This document shows positions 51,709 through 61,451 of a DNA stretch of 64,000 nt, piece after piece. The stretch is from contig JBFXJJ010000014.1 of assembly GCA_050175015.1 (NCBI GenBank), positions 1-64,000 of the forward strand, written 5' to 3'. Both the position numbers and the translations under genes were made by a program. The stretch is from Alphaproteobacteria bacterium. GTDB taxonomy: Bacteria; Pseudomonadota; Alphaproteobacteria; JBFXJJ01. The notes beneath the pieces are model-generated. The model saw only the letters and a list, made by a program, of their open reading frames with translations. It ran no database searches and was not told the DNA's origin. The first letter of the stretch is position 1. Each line of letters begins with the position of its first letter.

Positions 51709-53451
51709 TTAATTATGATAGGTTTTAAATAAAGATTCAAAAAAGCTTTTAGCATTTTTGCCAATGGTTGTAGTTAGATATCCCCCTTCTTGTATAATTA
51801 ACGTTGGAAGTTTAAGCGTTGCAATTTGAGAGGCAATCTGCCTAAATTCGTCTTCTCCATTTTTCCACGCTCCTGTTGGGTCATTAGCTGCGGTGTCAAA
51901 TCCCAATGCAATAACCAGAAAAGCAGGTGAGAATTTTTTAATTTTATCTAAGGCTTTTTTTAAAGTTTGAAGATACTTTTCAGGTGTCGTATTTTCAGGC
52001 AGAGCATAATTAATATTATAACCAAAGCCTTCAGCTTCTCCCCGCTCGTCTTCAAATCCTGTAAAATAAGGATATTCAGTTGCAGGGTGTCCGTGAATGG
52101 ATATTGTTAAAACATCATTCCTTTTATAAAAAATGTCTTGAATTCCATTACCGTGATGAAAGTCTATATCAAGAACGGCTACTTTTCCATACTTTGATAG
52201 AGCATCAGCGGCTATCGCAGCATTATTGAAGTAACAAAATCCTCCAAAAAATTTGCGTTCGGCGTGATGACCAGGGGGGCGTATTAAAGCATAAGCAATA
52301 GATGATTCATTCAAAATGGCATCAGCTGCGGTAAGGGCGCAGTCAACAGCACGTTTCGCTGCTTTGAAAACATTGCTGGTAAGAGGGGTAAAGGTATCAA
52401 TGCAGAAATAGCCAGCTTTGATTGGCATATATCTAGGAATTTTTGCGGTGTTTCTAATTGGAAAAATGTAAGGATAAATTGATTTGTTTTCTTCAATTTG
52501 AGAACAGACGCTTTTTATAAAACTAAAAAAAGACTTGTCGTGAACAGCTTTGATATATTTCTCAGAAAAAGACTGCGGGGCAACCTCTTTAAAACAGTTT
52601 AGCTTTTTTATCTCTTTTAAGATAATCTCTACCCTGACAGGCGCCTCAACATAACCAACCTCATTAATATGATGTATTTCGTGTTGGTCATTTACGACCA
52701 AAATTATAGGATCTTCAACTGTGGAAGAGTTTAGTCCTTTAGTTTCAGTATTAGCTGGTATCTTTTTTATGTATTGAAAAGGGCGCATTTTTACAGGGTC
52801 ATCTTTGAAAGAGGCGACAACCATTTCTGTATATTCTTGAGGGCAATAATTGCCATATTTGTTTTCTAATATGGTTCTAACGACTTGACGGGCATATTTT
52901 TTTGACAAAGCCTCTGTTTGTATTAAATCAACCATTAAATAAGGAGGATCCGTGTCATCTTGTTTAACTGGTGTTTCATACTTTGTATTGATAATAGGTG
53001 TTATCCCTAATCTTTCATAAAATTTTAATCGGGCAATGTTTTGAAGTCTGGTTTTATCATCTGGTGAGAGCAGGGCTGTATCTGGAAGGCATTCGAAGGC
53101 AATGAGATTGCATTTTTCTTTAATGGCATTTTCCTTTACCTTCTCATAAAGAAGAGAACCTAATCCATTAGAATGTTTGCCTTTCGCTGTTGCGATATAA
53201 TCCAGATACGCAAATTTGCGTTTAGGGTCATATAATACCAAAGCAAAAGCGACAACTTTATCATTTTTTTCAGCAACAATGATGTTTGTTTTAAACTGAT
53301 ATTTAAAAGGATTAAGGAGCTTTTCTTCCAAATTTTCAATATCGGTTATTGGTATTTTAGAAAATTGGCTTTTTAAAATTATTTTTACTTGGTTTATCGT
53401 ACTGATATTGGCGCTGGTAGTTGCATCTAAAATTTTTCTAATTCGGAACAT
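51709..53451 (-). CDS. Fusion of an N-terminal GNAT-like acetyltransferase and a C-terminal HDAC/acetylpolyamine amidohydrolase domain
   Basis: YLDYIAT...SNGLGSLLY (GNAT motif A), RLKFYERLG; RPPGHHA, GGFCYFNNAA, DIDFHHGNG, GFD, EGGY. Confidence 0.88.
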   Translation of the reverse strand: MFRIRKILDATTSANISTINQVKIILKSQFSKIPITDIENLEEKLLNPFKYQFKTNIIVAEKNDKVVAFALVLYDPKRKFAYLDYIATAKGKHSNGLGSLLYEKVKENAIKEKCNLIAFECLPDTALLSPDDKTRLQNIARLKFYERLGITPIINTKYETPVKQDDTDPPYLMVDLIQTEALSKKYARQVVRTILENKYGNYCPQEYTEMVVASFKDDPVKMRPFQYIKKIPANTETKGLNSSTVEDPIILVVNDQHEIHHINEVGYVEAPVRVEIILKEIKKLNCFKEVAPQSFSEKYIKAVHDKSFFSFIKSVCSQIEENKSIYPYIFPIRNTAKIPRYMPIKAGYFCIDTFTPLTSNVFKAAKRAVDCALTAADAILNESSIAYALIRPPGHHAERKFFGGFCYFNNAAIAADALSKYGKVAVLDIDFHHGNGIQDIFYKRNDVLTISIHGHPATEYPYFTGFEDERGEAEGFGYNINYALPENTTPEKYLQTLKKALDKIKKFSPAFLVIALGFDTAANDPTGAWKNGEDEFRQIASQIATLKLPTLIIQEGGYLTTTIGKNAKSFFESLFKTYHN

Positions 53452-53548
53452 TTTTTTATTAAAACTCAGGAAGTTTCCTTTAATTTTTAATAAACACTAT
53501 ATCTCATTGTTTTCTTTTCGGCAATATAAGTTAAAAAATTTAAATCAT

Positions 53549-53577
53549 AAAAAAAGGGCTAGTTTTCACTAACCCTT
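53549..53577 (-). terminator. Rho-independent terminator of amtB
   Basis: Minus strand AAGGGTTAG-tgaaaa-CTAGCCCTT followed by a T run, about 25 nt after the stop. Confidence 0.8.
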
Positions 53578-53601
53578 CTTTTTTGTTTTCTTATTTATCA
53601 A

Positions 53602-54807
53602 TTATAAATAAGCTGTTTCACCGTGAAGTGCAGCATCAACGTCTTTTTCTGCATTTTCATCAACTTTAACAGGAGTAATCTTGTTAATTATGCATAAAGC
53701 AAGGTATGAAAATACAAAAGCATAAGCGCTCATAGCGATAACTGCTACAGTTTCTTTGATGAAAAATTCGGTATTGCCTAATAGCAAGCCGTCAGCTCCT
53801 GCTGAGTTAACAGCAGTGGTGGCAAAAACACCAAGGAATATAACACCAATAGTTCCGCCTACACCGTGAACGCCCCAAACATCAAGAGCATCGTCCCATT
53901 TAAGTCTATTTTTAAGACTTACAGCGCAGTAACAAATTGTGCCAGCTAAAATACCGATGATAGCTGCGTGGCCAATAGTAACATAACCAGCCGCGGGTGT
54001 AATCGTTGCAAGTCCAGCAACAGCACCAGTTAAAAGACCGACAAAAGTTGGCTTTTTAGTTTGGAACCAAGAAATAGCGAGCCAAGTGATAGCAGCAAAA
54101 GATGCAGCAACGTCAGTGTTAATGAAAGCCTGTGCGGTAACACTATCAACAGCGAGTTCAGAACCAGCATTGAAGCCGTACCAGCCAAACCACAATAAGC
54201 CAGTTCCTAAAGCAACCAAAGGAATACTATGAGCTGTATCTGCAATTTTACGTTTGCCGACAAATAATACAGATGCTAAAGCTGCCATACCTGCAATAGC
54301 GTGGACAACAATGCCACCAGCAAAGTCAAGAACGCCCCATTTAGCAAGCAAGCCGCCGCCCCAAACCATATGAACAGCTGGGAAATATACGAAAACTAAC
54401 CAGACAACTAAAAAGATTAAATAAGCACCGAAACGAACACGGTTGGTGAATGCGCCGGTGATAAGAGCTGGGGTTATAATAGCAAACATCATTTGATATG
54501 AGATGAAAACAAAGAGCGGAATATTAGCATCGTTATTGAATTTATCGTTTAATGAAATGCCATTTAAAAAGGCCTTATCGAGGTTACCGATTAGGCCGTA
54601 AAAAGTATCACCGCTAAAGCATAGAGAGTATCCAAATAGATACCAAACAATTGTAGTCACACCCATTGAGACAAAGCTTTGCATCATAATTGCTAGAACG
54701 TTATGACGACCAACAAGACCACCATAGAAAAATGCCAAGCCCGGAGTCATTAGCATAACTAAGCTGGTTGAGAGAAGCATAAAGCCTGTATTACCAGTAT
54801 CAAACAT
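53602..54807 (-). CDS. amtB: Ammonium transporter
   Basis: MTPGLAFFYGG, FAIIT, DFAGGIVVH, WFGWYGFN, AITP, DDALDVWGVHG, HGETAY. Confidence 0.96.
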   Translation of the reverse strand: MFDTGNTGFMLLSTSLVMLMTPGLAFFYGGLVGRHNVLAIMMQSFVSMGVTTIVWYLFGYSLCFSGDTFYGLIGNLDKAFLNGISLNDKFNNDANIPLFVFISYQMMFAIITPALITGAFTNRVRFGAYLIFLVVWLVFVYFPAVHMVWGGGLLAKWGVLDFAGGIVVHAIAGMAALASVLFVGKRKIADTAHSIPLVALGTGLLWFGWYGFNAGSELAVDSVTAQAFINTDVAASFAAITWLAISWFQTKKPTFVGLLTGAVAGLATITPAAGYVTIGHAAIIGILAGTICYCAVSLKNRLKWDDALDVWGVHGVGGTIGVIFLGVFATTAVNSAGADGLLLGNTEFFIKETVAVIAMSAYAFVFSYLALCIINKITPVKVDENAEKDVDAALHGETAYL

Positions 54808-55097
54808 TTATTATTCCTTATCTTTAAAAAATATTGTTTTAAGTTGTTTAAAATTAAAAAAAATAATTACAAACATGCATAAAAGATGCATATTGCGTAA
54901 TATGTTTTTGCAATAGTCAGGATATTCTAATATTTTGAACTAAGCAATAGGGAAATTTTGCAGTTTCAGAGGTAATCTTTGTAATGGTTTTTATAAAAAG
55001 AAATAAAACTTGAAATTGTTTAGAATTTATCTAAAATATCTTATAACTAACTTCAATAAAAATAATTTTTAATAAAAAAATAACAAGAGGTTTTAAA

Positions 55098-57062
55098 ATG
55101 TTTTCGAATTTTTCTATAAAGAAAAAGCTGCCTTTAATCTTCTCTTCTTTATTATTTGTCGCCTGCGTTGGACTTTCCGCTGTTTCTTATTACAGCGCTA
55201 AGAAAGAAATGATATTAGATACTGAAAAAGTGCTTCCTCAAAAAGCAGATGATTTAGCCAAACTTTTCAGAGCTAGAATTGATACTAAAATTTCTGAAAT
55301 TGAGGCTATCGCATCAACCGACGCCGCTAAAAATCAGAACGATAAAGATATTCTTTTGTTTTTACAGGAAGAAACGGAGAGAACAGGTTTTATGGCTATG
55401 GCAGTTGTTGGGCTAGATGGAATTGCTCATTACAACGATGGTTCAACACTTAATCTCGGCGATAGGGAATATATTAAAAAAGCCTTTGCTGGTGAAAGCA
55501 ACTTTTCTGATATGATAATATCTAGGGCTAATCATCAACTAGTTATAATGTTGGCGGTACCAATTAAAGACAATGGTTCTATAAAATCTGTTTTAATTGC
55601 TAGAATGACAGGTGAAAGCATTATTAGTTTTATTAGAGATATTGTTTCAGGAAAAGAAGGATACGCATATATCTTTAATAATAAGGGCACTATCGTAAGC
55701 CACAAGAATGTAGATATGGTTCTTAATCAATTTAACGTTTTTGATGAAGCAAAGAAAGACAGCAAATATATGGAATTATCTGAATCTTTTTATGGAGTAA
55801 TAAATAGAAATCAGAAATTTTCAAAATATCTTTTTGTTGACAAGGTTATGTATGCAGGCTTTTCTTCAATTGATAAGAGTAACTGGATTATTGCAGTAAC
55901 AATGCCTGAAAAGGAGATTTTAGAAGGGGTTGTTAGAGTAAGGAATAATGTTCTATTAGTAACGGTTTTGGTTCTGCTTATCGGTATAATCATAGCTAGT
56001 TCTGTTGGTGTTTCTATTGCTAAGCCGATTGTTGCCACTACCGATTTAATGAAATCTTTGGCGGCAGGTGATCTTAATGTTAACGTTTTGGTGACAGACA
56101 GCAAAGACGAGATTGGTGAAATGACAAGAGCTCTTGAGATTTTTAAGCAGAACGCCATAAAAAATAAGGAGCTTGAGAAGCAACAACACGAGGAACAGAT
56201 TCAAAAAGAGCTTAAGTTAAAAAAACTAGAAAATATTATTTCTGATTTTCAAAAATCAGTTCTCGATATAGTTAATACTTTATCAAATTCAGCGAAAGAC
56301 CTTAATAAAACAGCTGATAATATGAATGTTATATCTAGAAAAACAGCAACGGAAGCAGAGGCAATGGCTCAAGCTTCAAACGAAGCTGCGGTTAATGTTC
56401 AGACTGTTGCTTCTGCGGCTGAGGAACTTTCTTATTCTATTAGTGAAATACTAAGACAAGTTTCAGAGGAAACTGAAATTGCCCAACAGGCAGTTAAAGA
56501 AGTTCACAGTACTAATGAGGTTATAGGCAGTCTAGCTGAATCTGCGCAGAAAATATATGAAGTTGTAGAACTTATTACTGACATAGCCAGCCAGACAAAC
56601 CTTCTTGCTCTTAATGCGACAATCGAAGCTGCGAGGGCTGGAGATGCTGGGAAAGGTTTTGCTGTTGTTGCTAGTGAAGTTAAGAATTTGGCTAACCAAA
56701 CAGCTACCGCAACAGATGAAATTTCAAGTCAGATATCTGATGTTCAAGGAAAAACCGATAAATCCGTATCTGCTATTACCAAAATCGGAGATGTAATTAA
56801 TAAAATCGATCAAATTTCAGCTGTAATTGCGGCTGCGGTGGAAGAACAAGGAGCTGCAACACAAGAAATTTCTAAGAATATAGATCAAGCATCGCAAGGA
56901 ACCAAGAGTGTTTCTGATAATATTGTAATCATTACTAAGGTTGCATCAGATTCAGGAATGGCGGCTAATGATGTTTTGGTTGCTTCTAAAGATTTAGCAG
57001 ATAAAACAGATGTTCTTAAGTCAGAAATACTTAGTTTTATAGAAAAGATAAAAATAGCTTAA
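55098..57062 (+). CDS. Methyl-accepting chemotaxis protein (dCache_1-like sensor + HAMP)
   Basis: DREY, GYAYI...[30 protein letters not shown]. Confidence 0.95.
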   Translation: MFSNFSIKKKLPLIFSSLLFVACVGLSAVSYYSAKKEMILDTEKVLPQKADDLAKLFRARIDTKISEIEAIASTDAAKNQNDKDILLFLQEETERTGFMAMAVVGLDGIAHYNDGSTLNLGDREYIKKAFAGESNFSDMIISRANHQLVIMLAVPIKDNGSIKSVLIARMTGESIISFIRDIVSGKEGYAYIFNNKGTIVSHKNVDMVLNQFNVFDEAKKDSKYMELSESFYGVINRNQKFSKYLFVDKVMYAGFSSIDKSNWIIAVTMPEKEILEGVVRVRNNVLLVTVLVLLIGIIIASSVGVSIAKPIVATTDLMKSLAAGDLNVNVLVTDSKDEIGEMTRALEIFKQNAIKNKELEKQQHEEQIQKELKLKKLENIISDFQKSVLDIVNTLSNSAKDLNKTADNMNVISRKTATEAEAMAQASNEAAVNVQTVASAAEELSYSISEILRQVSEETEIAQQAVKEVHSTNEVIGSLAESAQKIYEVVELITDIASQTNLLALNATIEAARAGDAGKGFAVVASEVKNLANQTATATDEISSQISDVQGKTDKSVSAITKIGDVINKIDQISAVIAAAVEEQGAATQEISKNIDQASQGTKSVSDNIVIITKVASDSGMAANDVLVASKDLADKTDVLKSEILSFIEKIKIA

Positions 57063-57102
57063 AAACAAAGCATTTTTTATAACATTATTGCGAGGAATAG
57101 GT

Positions 57103-58281
57103 ATGAAAGCATATGAAATTAAACAAGGAATTTATTGGGTAGGCGCCAAAGATTGGAACTTAAGAGACTTCCATGGATATAAAACTTCAAGAGGTTCAAC
57201 ATATAATGCATATCTTATAATTGATGATAAGATTACTTTGGTTGATGCTGTTAAGGGCTATCTTAATGATGAACTTTTTTCCCGTATAGCATCAATTATT
57301 GATCCTGCAAAAATTGATTATATTGTTTGTAATCATGTTGAGATGGATCATTCTGGTTCTTTGCCTGAATTAATGAAGATAGCTAAAAATGCTGAAATTA
57401 TTACTAATAACTCTGGAAAGAAAGGGTTGGAAGAACATTATGATGCCTCTGATTGGAAATTTAAAGTAGTAAAAACGGGAGATGAGATTTCTTTGGGCAA
57501 AAGAACGCTGTCTTTTGTTACTATTCCAATGCTCCATTGGCCAGATTCTATGATGACATATCTTAAAGAAGATAAAATTCTTATGCCTAATGATGCTTTT
57601 GGACAACATTATGCAAGTGAATTCTTATTTGCTGATGAAGCTCCTTATGAAATAGTAATTGAGGAGGCAAAAAAATATTTTGCCAATATTCTTTATCCAT
57701 ATTCTAAAAAACTTGCCAAACTAGTAGAAGGTTTTGATTTAGATGTTGATATTATTGCTCCAAGTCACGGTTTGATGTGGCGAGGTGATGATATTTCCGC
57801 AATTCTAAACGAGTACAAGAACTGGGCTGGCGGAAAGAATAAAGGTAAGGCCGTTGTGGTTTATGATACGATGTGGGGAGCCACAGAAAAAATGGCTGAT
57901 TGCGTTAAAGCTACATTTGAAAATGAGGGCGTTGAGGTTATTAAAAGAAGTCTGAAGCTTAATGACATTTCAGATGTTATTACTGATATCGTTGATGCAA
58001 AATATGTGGTATTTGGTTCGCCGTGTCTTAATAGCGGAATTTTACCGACAATGGGTTGGATGCTAACCTATTTAAAAGGGCTTGCTCCAACTGATAAAAT
58101 TGGTTTTTGTTTCGGATCTTATGGCTGGAAAAATGGCTTTTCCAAGGAAATCCAAAATGCTATGAGTGATTTGGAATGGAAGCTTCCAAAAGAGCCGTTT
58201 GAGGCTAAATACCGTACATGCAATTTTGCAGATCTTGAAGCTGTGGTTAAAGACGTTATCGCTTTTGGTAAAAACGTATAG
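57103..58281 (+). CDS. fprA: Flavodiiron protein (FprA/A-type flavoprotein, O2/NO reductase)
   Basis: GSTYNAYLI, NHVEMDHSG, HWPD, DAFGQH, APSHG, flavodoxin YDTMWGAT, FGSYGW; start ATG 57103. Confidence 0.93.
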   Translation: MKAYEIKQGIYWVGAKDWNLRDFHGYKTSRGSTYNAYLIIDDKITLVDAVKGYLNDELFSRIASIIDPAKIDYIVCNHVEMDHSGSLPELMKIAKNAEIITNNSGKKGLEEHYDASDWKFKVVKTGDEISLGKRTLSFVTIPMLHWPDSMMTYLKEDKILMPNDAFGQHYASEFLFADEAPYEIVIEEAKKYFANILYPYSKKLAKLVEGFDLDVDIIAPSHGLMWRGDDISAILNEYKNWAGGKNKGKAVVVYDTMWGATEKMADCVKATFENEGVEVIKRSLKLNDISDVITDIVDAKYVVFGSPCLNSGILPTMGWMLTYLKGLAPTDKIGFCFGSYGWKNGFSKEIQNAMSDLEWKLPKEPFEAKYRTCNFADLEAVVKDVIAFGKNV

Positions 58282-58298
58282 AAATAAAAAATTTAAAA

Positions 58299-58350
58299 AA
58301 TTAGAGCTTTTTTTGGTGTTATCATTTATAAACTGGAAAAAGCTTTAATT
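58299..58350. terminator. Hairpin after fprA
   Basis: AATTAGAGCTTTTT...AAAAAGCTTTAATT (14-bp stem, one G-T pair, 24-nt loop). Confidence 0.45.
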
Positions 58351-58377
58351 TTATTCTTTTAGAAAGCAATCTTAAAA

Positions 58378-59562
58378 ATGATGAATCTTCCGACAATTAA
58401 TTTAAAAAAAGGCAGTGGAAAACGGTTTATTAATGGCTGCCCGTGGGTTTTTTCCAATGAAATTGAAATGAGCGCCGAAGCTAAAGAAATCCCTGATGGT
58501 TCGGTTGTTATTCTTACAAGAGATGATAAGAAAATAGCCGTTGGAACCTTTAACTGTCATTCTCTAATTGCGTTTAGAGCATTTTCCCGCAATGGTGATG
58601 ATGTTATCAATAAAAACTTTATAGAGAAGAAAGTTTCAAAAGCTCTGGCATATAGAGAAGCTTTTTTTGATAAACCTTATTATAGATTAGTCTTTTCAGA
58701 GGCGGACAATTTACCTGGTTTTGTTGTCGATAGATTAGGAGATATTTTTAGTATCCAAGCAAATACTGCTGGAGCCGAAATGCTTTCTGATATGATGGCT
58801 GAAGTTTTGCTTAAACTTTTTCCAGATGCATCAATCGTTTTTAAAAATGATACAGCTTCTCGAAAACTTGAAGGCTTGGAGTTGTATATCAAAAATTATA
58901 ACAAAGATGTTTCAGGTGAAGTTGAACTTATAGAAAATGACGCGGTTTTCTTTGCCGATATTGTTGACGGACAGAAAACGGGCTGGTTTTATGACCAGAG
59001 AGATAACAGAGCGTTAGTTGCTAAATTGGCTAAAGACAAAACTGTCGCTGATTTTTATTCTTATGCTGGTGGTTTTTCCGTGCTTTCTGCTTTAAATGGA
59101 GCGATTAGCGTTACCGCTGTTGACAGGTCGGAAAGAGCCGTTGAGCTTGCTCAAAAAGCCGCTTTAAGAAATGGGGTTGAAGATAAGTGCCAATTTGTTC
59201 AAGCTGAAGCGTTCAGTAAGATGGAAGAAATGGCTGAATTAAAGCAGAAATTTGGGGTTGTTGTGGTTGATCCTCCTGCCTTTATTAAATCTAAGAAAGA
59301 CTTTAATCAAGGGGCTAAAGGCTATCAGAAAATGGCAAGATTAGCATCAAAACTTGTTGAAAAGGGTGGCTTTTTAGTAGCAGCTTCTTGCTCTCACCAT
59401 ATTAACTCCAGTGAATTTTTAGAACAAATTACACAAGGGATAAAACAAACAGGACGCACTGGAAAATTGATTAAAATAACAGGAGCGGGAGCAGATCACC
59501 CTGTTCATATCAGCTTACCTGAAATGTCTTATTTGAAGGCTTTGTTTTTTCAATTAGATTAA
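58378..59562 (+). CDS. rlmI: RlmI-family rRNA m5C methyltransferase
   Basis: PUA domain PWVFSNE, SEADNLPG, GQKTGWFYDQR, DPPAF, SCS, DHP, YLK. Confidence 0.88.
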   Translation: MMNLPTINLKKGSGKRFINGCPWVFSNEIEMSAEAKEIPDGSVVILTRDDKKIAVGTFNCHSLIAFRAFSRNGDDVINKNFIEKKVSKALAYREAFFDKPYYRLVFSEADNLPGFVVDRLGDIFSIQANTAGAEMLSDMMAEVLLKLFPDASIVFKNDTASRKLEGLELYIKNYNKDVSGEVELIENDAVFFADIVDGQKTGWFYDQRDNRALVAKLAKDKTVADFYSYAGGFSVLSALNGAISVTAVDRSERAVELAQKAALRNGVEDKCQFVQAEAFSKMEEMAELKQKFGVVVVDPPAFIKSKKDFNQGAKGYQKMARLASKLVEKGGFLVAASCSHHINSSEFLEQITQGIKQTGRTGKLIKITGAGADHPVHISLPEMSYLKALFFQLD

Positions 59563-59594
59563 ACGTTTTTTGATTCCGTCTCTTAAGGGGTGCC

Positions 59595-59700
59595 ATTTAG
59601 GGTGTGTCGTAGCTCTGTCTATTTGCAAATCTCTCCTTGCTGATTGCCTCGCCGAATAGGCAATAGAACAGGACACATTTAAACGCCAGATGCTCTAAAT
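59595..59700. repeat. Structured ~105-bp intergenic element (MITE/REP-like or sRNA)
   Basis: Ends ATTTAGGGTGT...ATGCTCTAAAT pair fully when G-T is allowed; internal TGTGTC/GACACA and ATTGCCT/AGGCAAT stems; GC-richer than neighbouring spacers. Confidence 0.45.
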
Positions 59701-59749
59701 ATGCAACAAAGGCAGGAAAAATTAATGTCCTGCCTTTGTTTGTATTTAG
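59695..59749. terminator. Long hairpin between convergent rlmI and gapN
   Basis: Perfect 13-bp AACAAAGGCAGGA/TCCTGCCTTTGTT, extending to about 22 bp out to CTAAATA/TATTTAG. Confidence 0.8.
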
Positions 59750-59776
59750 TAATGAGCCAAATTAAATCGAAATAAC

Positions 59777-61387
59777 TTAGAAAATAAAATCGGTTGATAG
59801 AAATGCAGATTTATTTTCTTTTAATATTTGTGTTAATAGTTCTTGGTTTATACTTTCGTTTCTTGCTGCAACGAGTGTTCTGATAGAAAATACTCGTAAG
59901 GCATCAGTTACAGACAGCGTTCCTTCCGCAGAATCTTTTCTTCCTGTAAACGGAAAAGTATCAGGACCTCTTTGACATTGGCTGTTAATATTAACTCGGC
60001 AAACTTGATTGACTAAGTTATCAATTAGTTTAGCAATTTTATCGGGATTGGTTCCAAAAAGGCTAACCTGTTGACCAAATTTAGATTCAATTACAGCATT
60101 TACGGGTTCTTTTATATCATCGAATACCGCAATCGGAACGATTGGACCAAATTGTTCTTCGTGGAAAATACGCATATCTTTTGTTACAGGGTAAAGAACC
60201 GCTGGGTGAAAATAAGAGCCATCTATTTTGCCGCCATTTTCATTAATAATTTTTGCCCCCTTTTGCAGAGCATCATTTAAGAGTTCTTTTAAAAACTCAA
60301 GGCTCTGCTCATTAGGAAGAGGGGTTAAAGATACTCCTTTTTCCCAAGGCATACCGCTTTTTAAATTTTTAAATTGCTCAAGATATTCTGCTATAAATTC
60401 ATCTGCCACAGAACGTGCCACAAAAGTTATTTTAATAGCCGTGCATCGTTGACCATTATAAGAAAGATTTCCGCTTAAGCATTCCTTAGCTGCAAGCTTT
60501 ATATCGGCGTGGTCAAGAACGATACCCGCATTTTTGGCTTCCAGCCCCAAAACGCATTTAAGTCTAGATGGTTTCGGGTGTTGCTGTTTGAGAATATTCG
60601 CAACACGGCTGGAGCCGATAAATGCTAGAACGTCTATTTTGCCAGATGCCATAAGGGGCGATGCCACTTCTTTGCCCTCGCCATAAACGGTATTGATGAC
60701 GCCCTTAGGAAAAGCGTCTTTAAAGGCTTCAAGCAAAGGATAATGAAGCAAAACACCGTGCTTAGGCGGTTTAAATACAACGGTATTTCCCATCAAAAGA
60801 GCAGGGATTAAGGTTGTGAATGTTTCATTGAGCGGATAGTTATATGGTCCCATACAAAGAACAACTCCAAGGGGTGCCCGTCTTATTTGACCTATAATTC
60901 CTTTTTCAATCGTAAACCTTGATGATACTCTATCTAAGTCTTTTAATGCGGCTATAGTATCTGCAATATATTCTATTGTTCGATCAAATTCTTTGGCAGA
61001 ATCTGCGGCATTTTTTCCAATTTCAAGCATTAAGAGATTAACAACTTCATCTCTTTTTTCTTTCATTGCAAAGGTAAATTTTTCAAGGCATTTAATCCTT
61101 TGTTTCACGCTCATTGTTGGCCATTCGCCACAGCCATTGTCATAGGCTTTGCAGGCAGCATCGGCGGCTTTTAAAGCTTCTTCCGTATCCATCAAAGGAT
61201 AGGAACCTAAAACTAAACGGTGGCATTCATTATCGTTTTTTAATGAAATAGCACCTTCAACCTCCTGCATTGCGCCGTTCCAAGTTTTTATTTCGCCATC
61301 AATAAGATATTCCTTTTGTTCGACAGTTTTAAAATTTGGAAACTCTTTTTGAAACTCAGATTTTGTTGGAATTTTTATAAAAGTCAT
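59777..61387 (-). CDS. gapN: Non-phosphorylating NADP-dependent glyceraldehyde-3-phosphate dehydrogenase (ALDH family)
   Basis: GPYNYPLNET, FIGSS, LGLEAKN, YNGQRCTA, EEQFGP, QRGPDTFPFTGRKDS. Confidence 0.9.
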   Translation of the reverse strand: MTFIKIPTKSEFQKEFPNFKTVEQKEYLIDGEIKTWNGAMQEVEGAISLKNDNECHRLVLGSYPLMDTEEALKAADAACKAYDNGCGEWPTMSVKQRIKCLEKFTFAMKEKRDEVVNLLMLEIGKNAADSAKEFDRTIEYIADTIAALKDLDRVSSRFTIEKGIIGQIRRAPLGVVLCMGPYNYPLNETFTTLIPALLMGNTVVFKPPKHGVLLHYPLLEAFKDAFPKGVINTVYGEGKEVASPLMASGKIDVLAFIGSSRVANILKQQHPKPSRLKCVLGLEAKNAGIVLDHADIKLAAKECLSGNLSYNGQRCTAIKITFVARSVADEFIAEYLEQFKNLKSGMPWEKGVSLTPLPNEQSLEFLKELLNDALQKGAKIINENGGKIDGSYFHPAVLYPVTKDMRIFHEEQFGPIVPIAVFDDIKEPVNAVIESKFGQQVSLFGTNPDKIAKLIDNLVNQVCRVNINSQCQRGPDTFPFTGRKDSAEGTLSVTDALRVFSIRTLVAARNESINQELLTQILKENKSAFLSTDFIF

Positions 61388-61451
61388 TACTCCCCCTCTT
61401 ATGTAAAAGTTTTTTTAACACAAAATTACCAAGTATAAATTAACTAAAAAG

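Noticed and set aside
59570-59700. tRNA remnant, tmRNA or 6S RNA
   Set aside because: GGGGTGCCA looks like a tRNA end, but spacing from the T-loop-like TTTGATT is wrong. There are no tmRNA acceptor features and no zapA/ygfA context. Kept only as an unassigned structured element.
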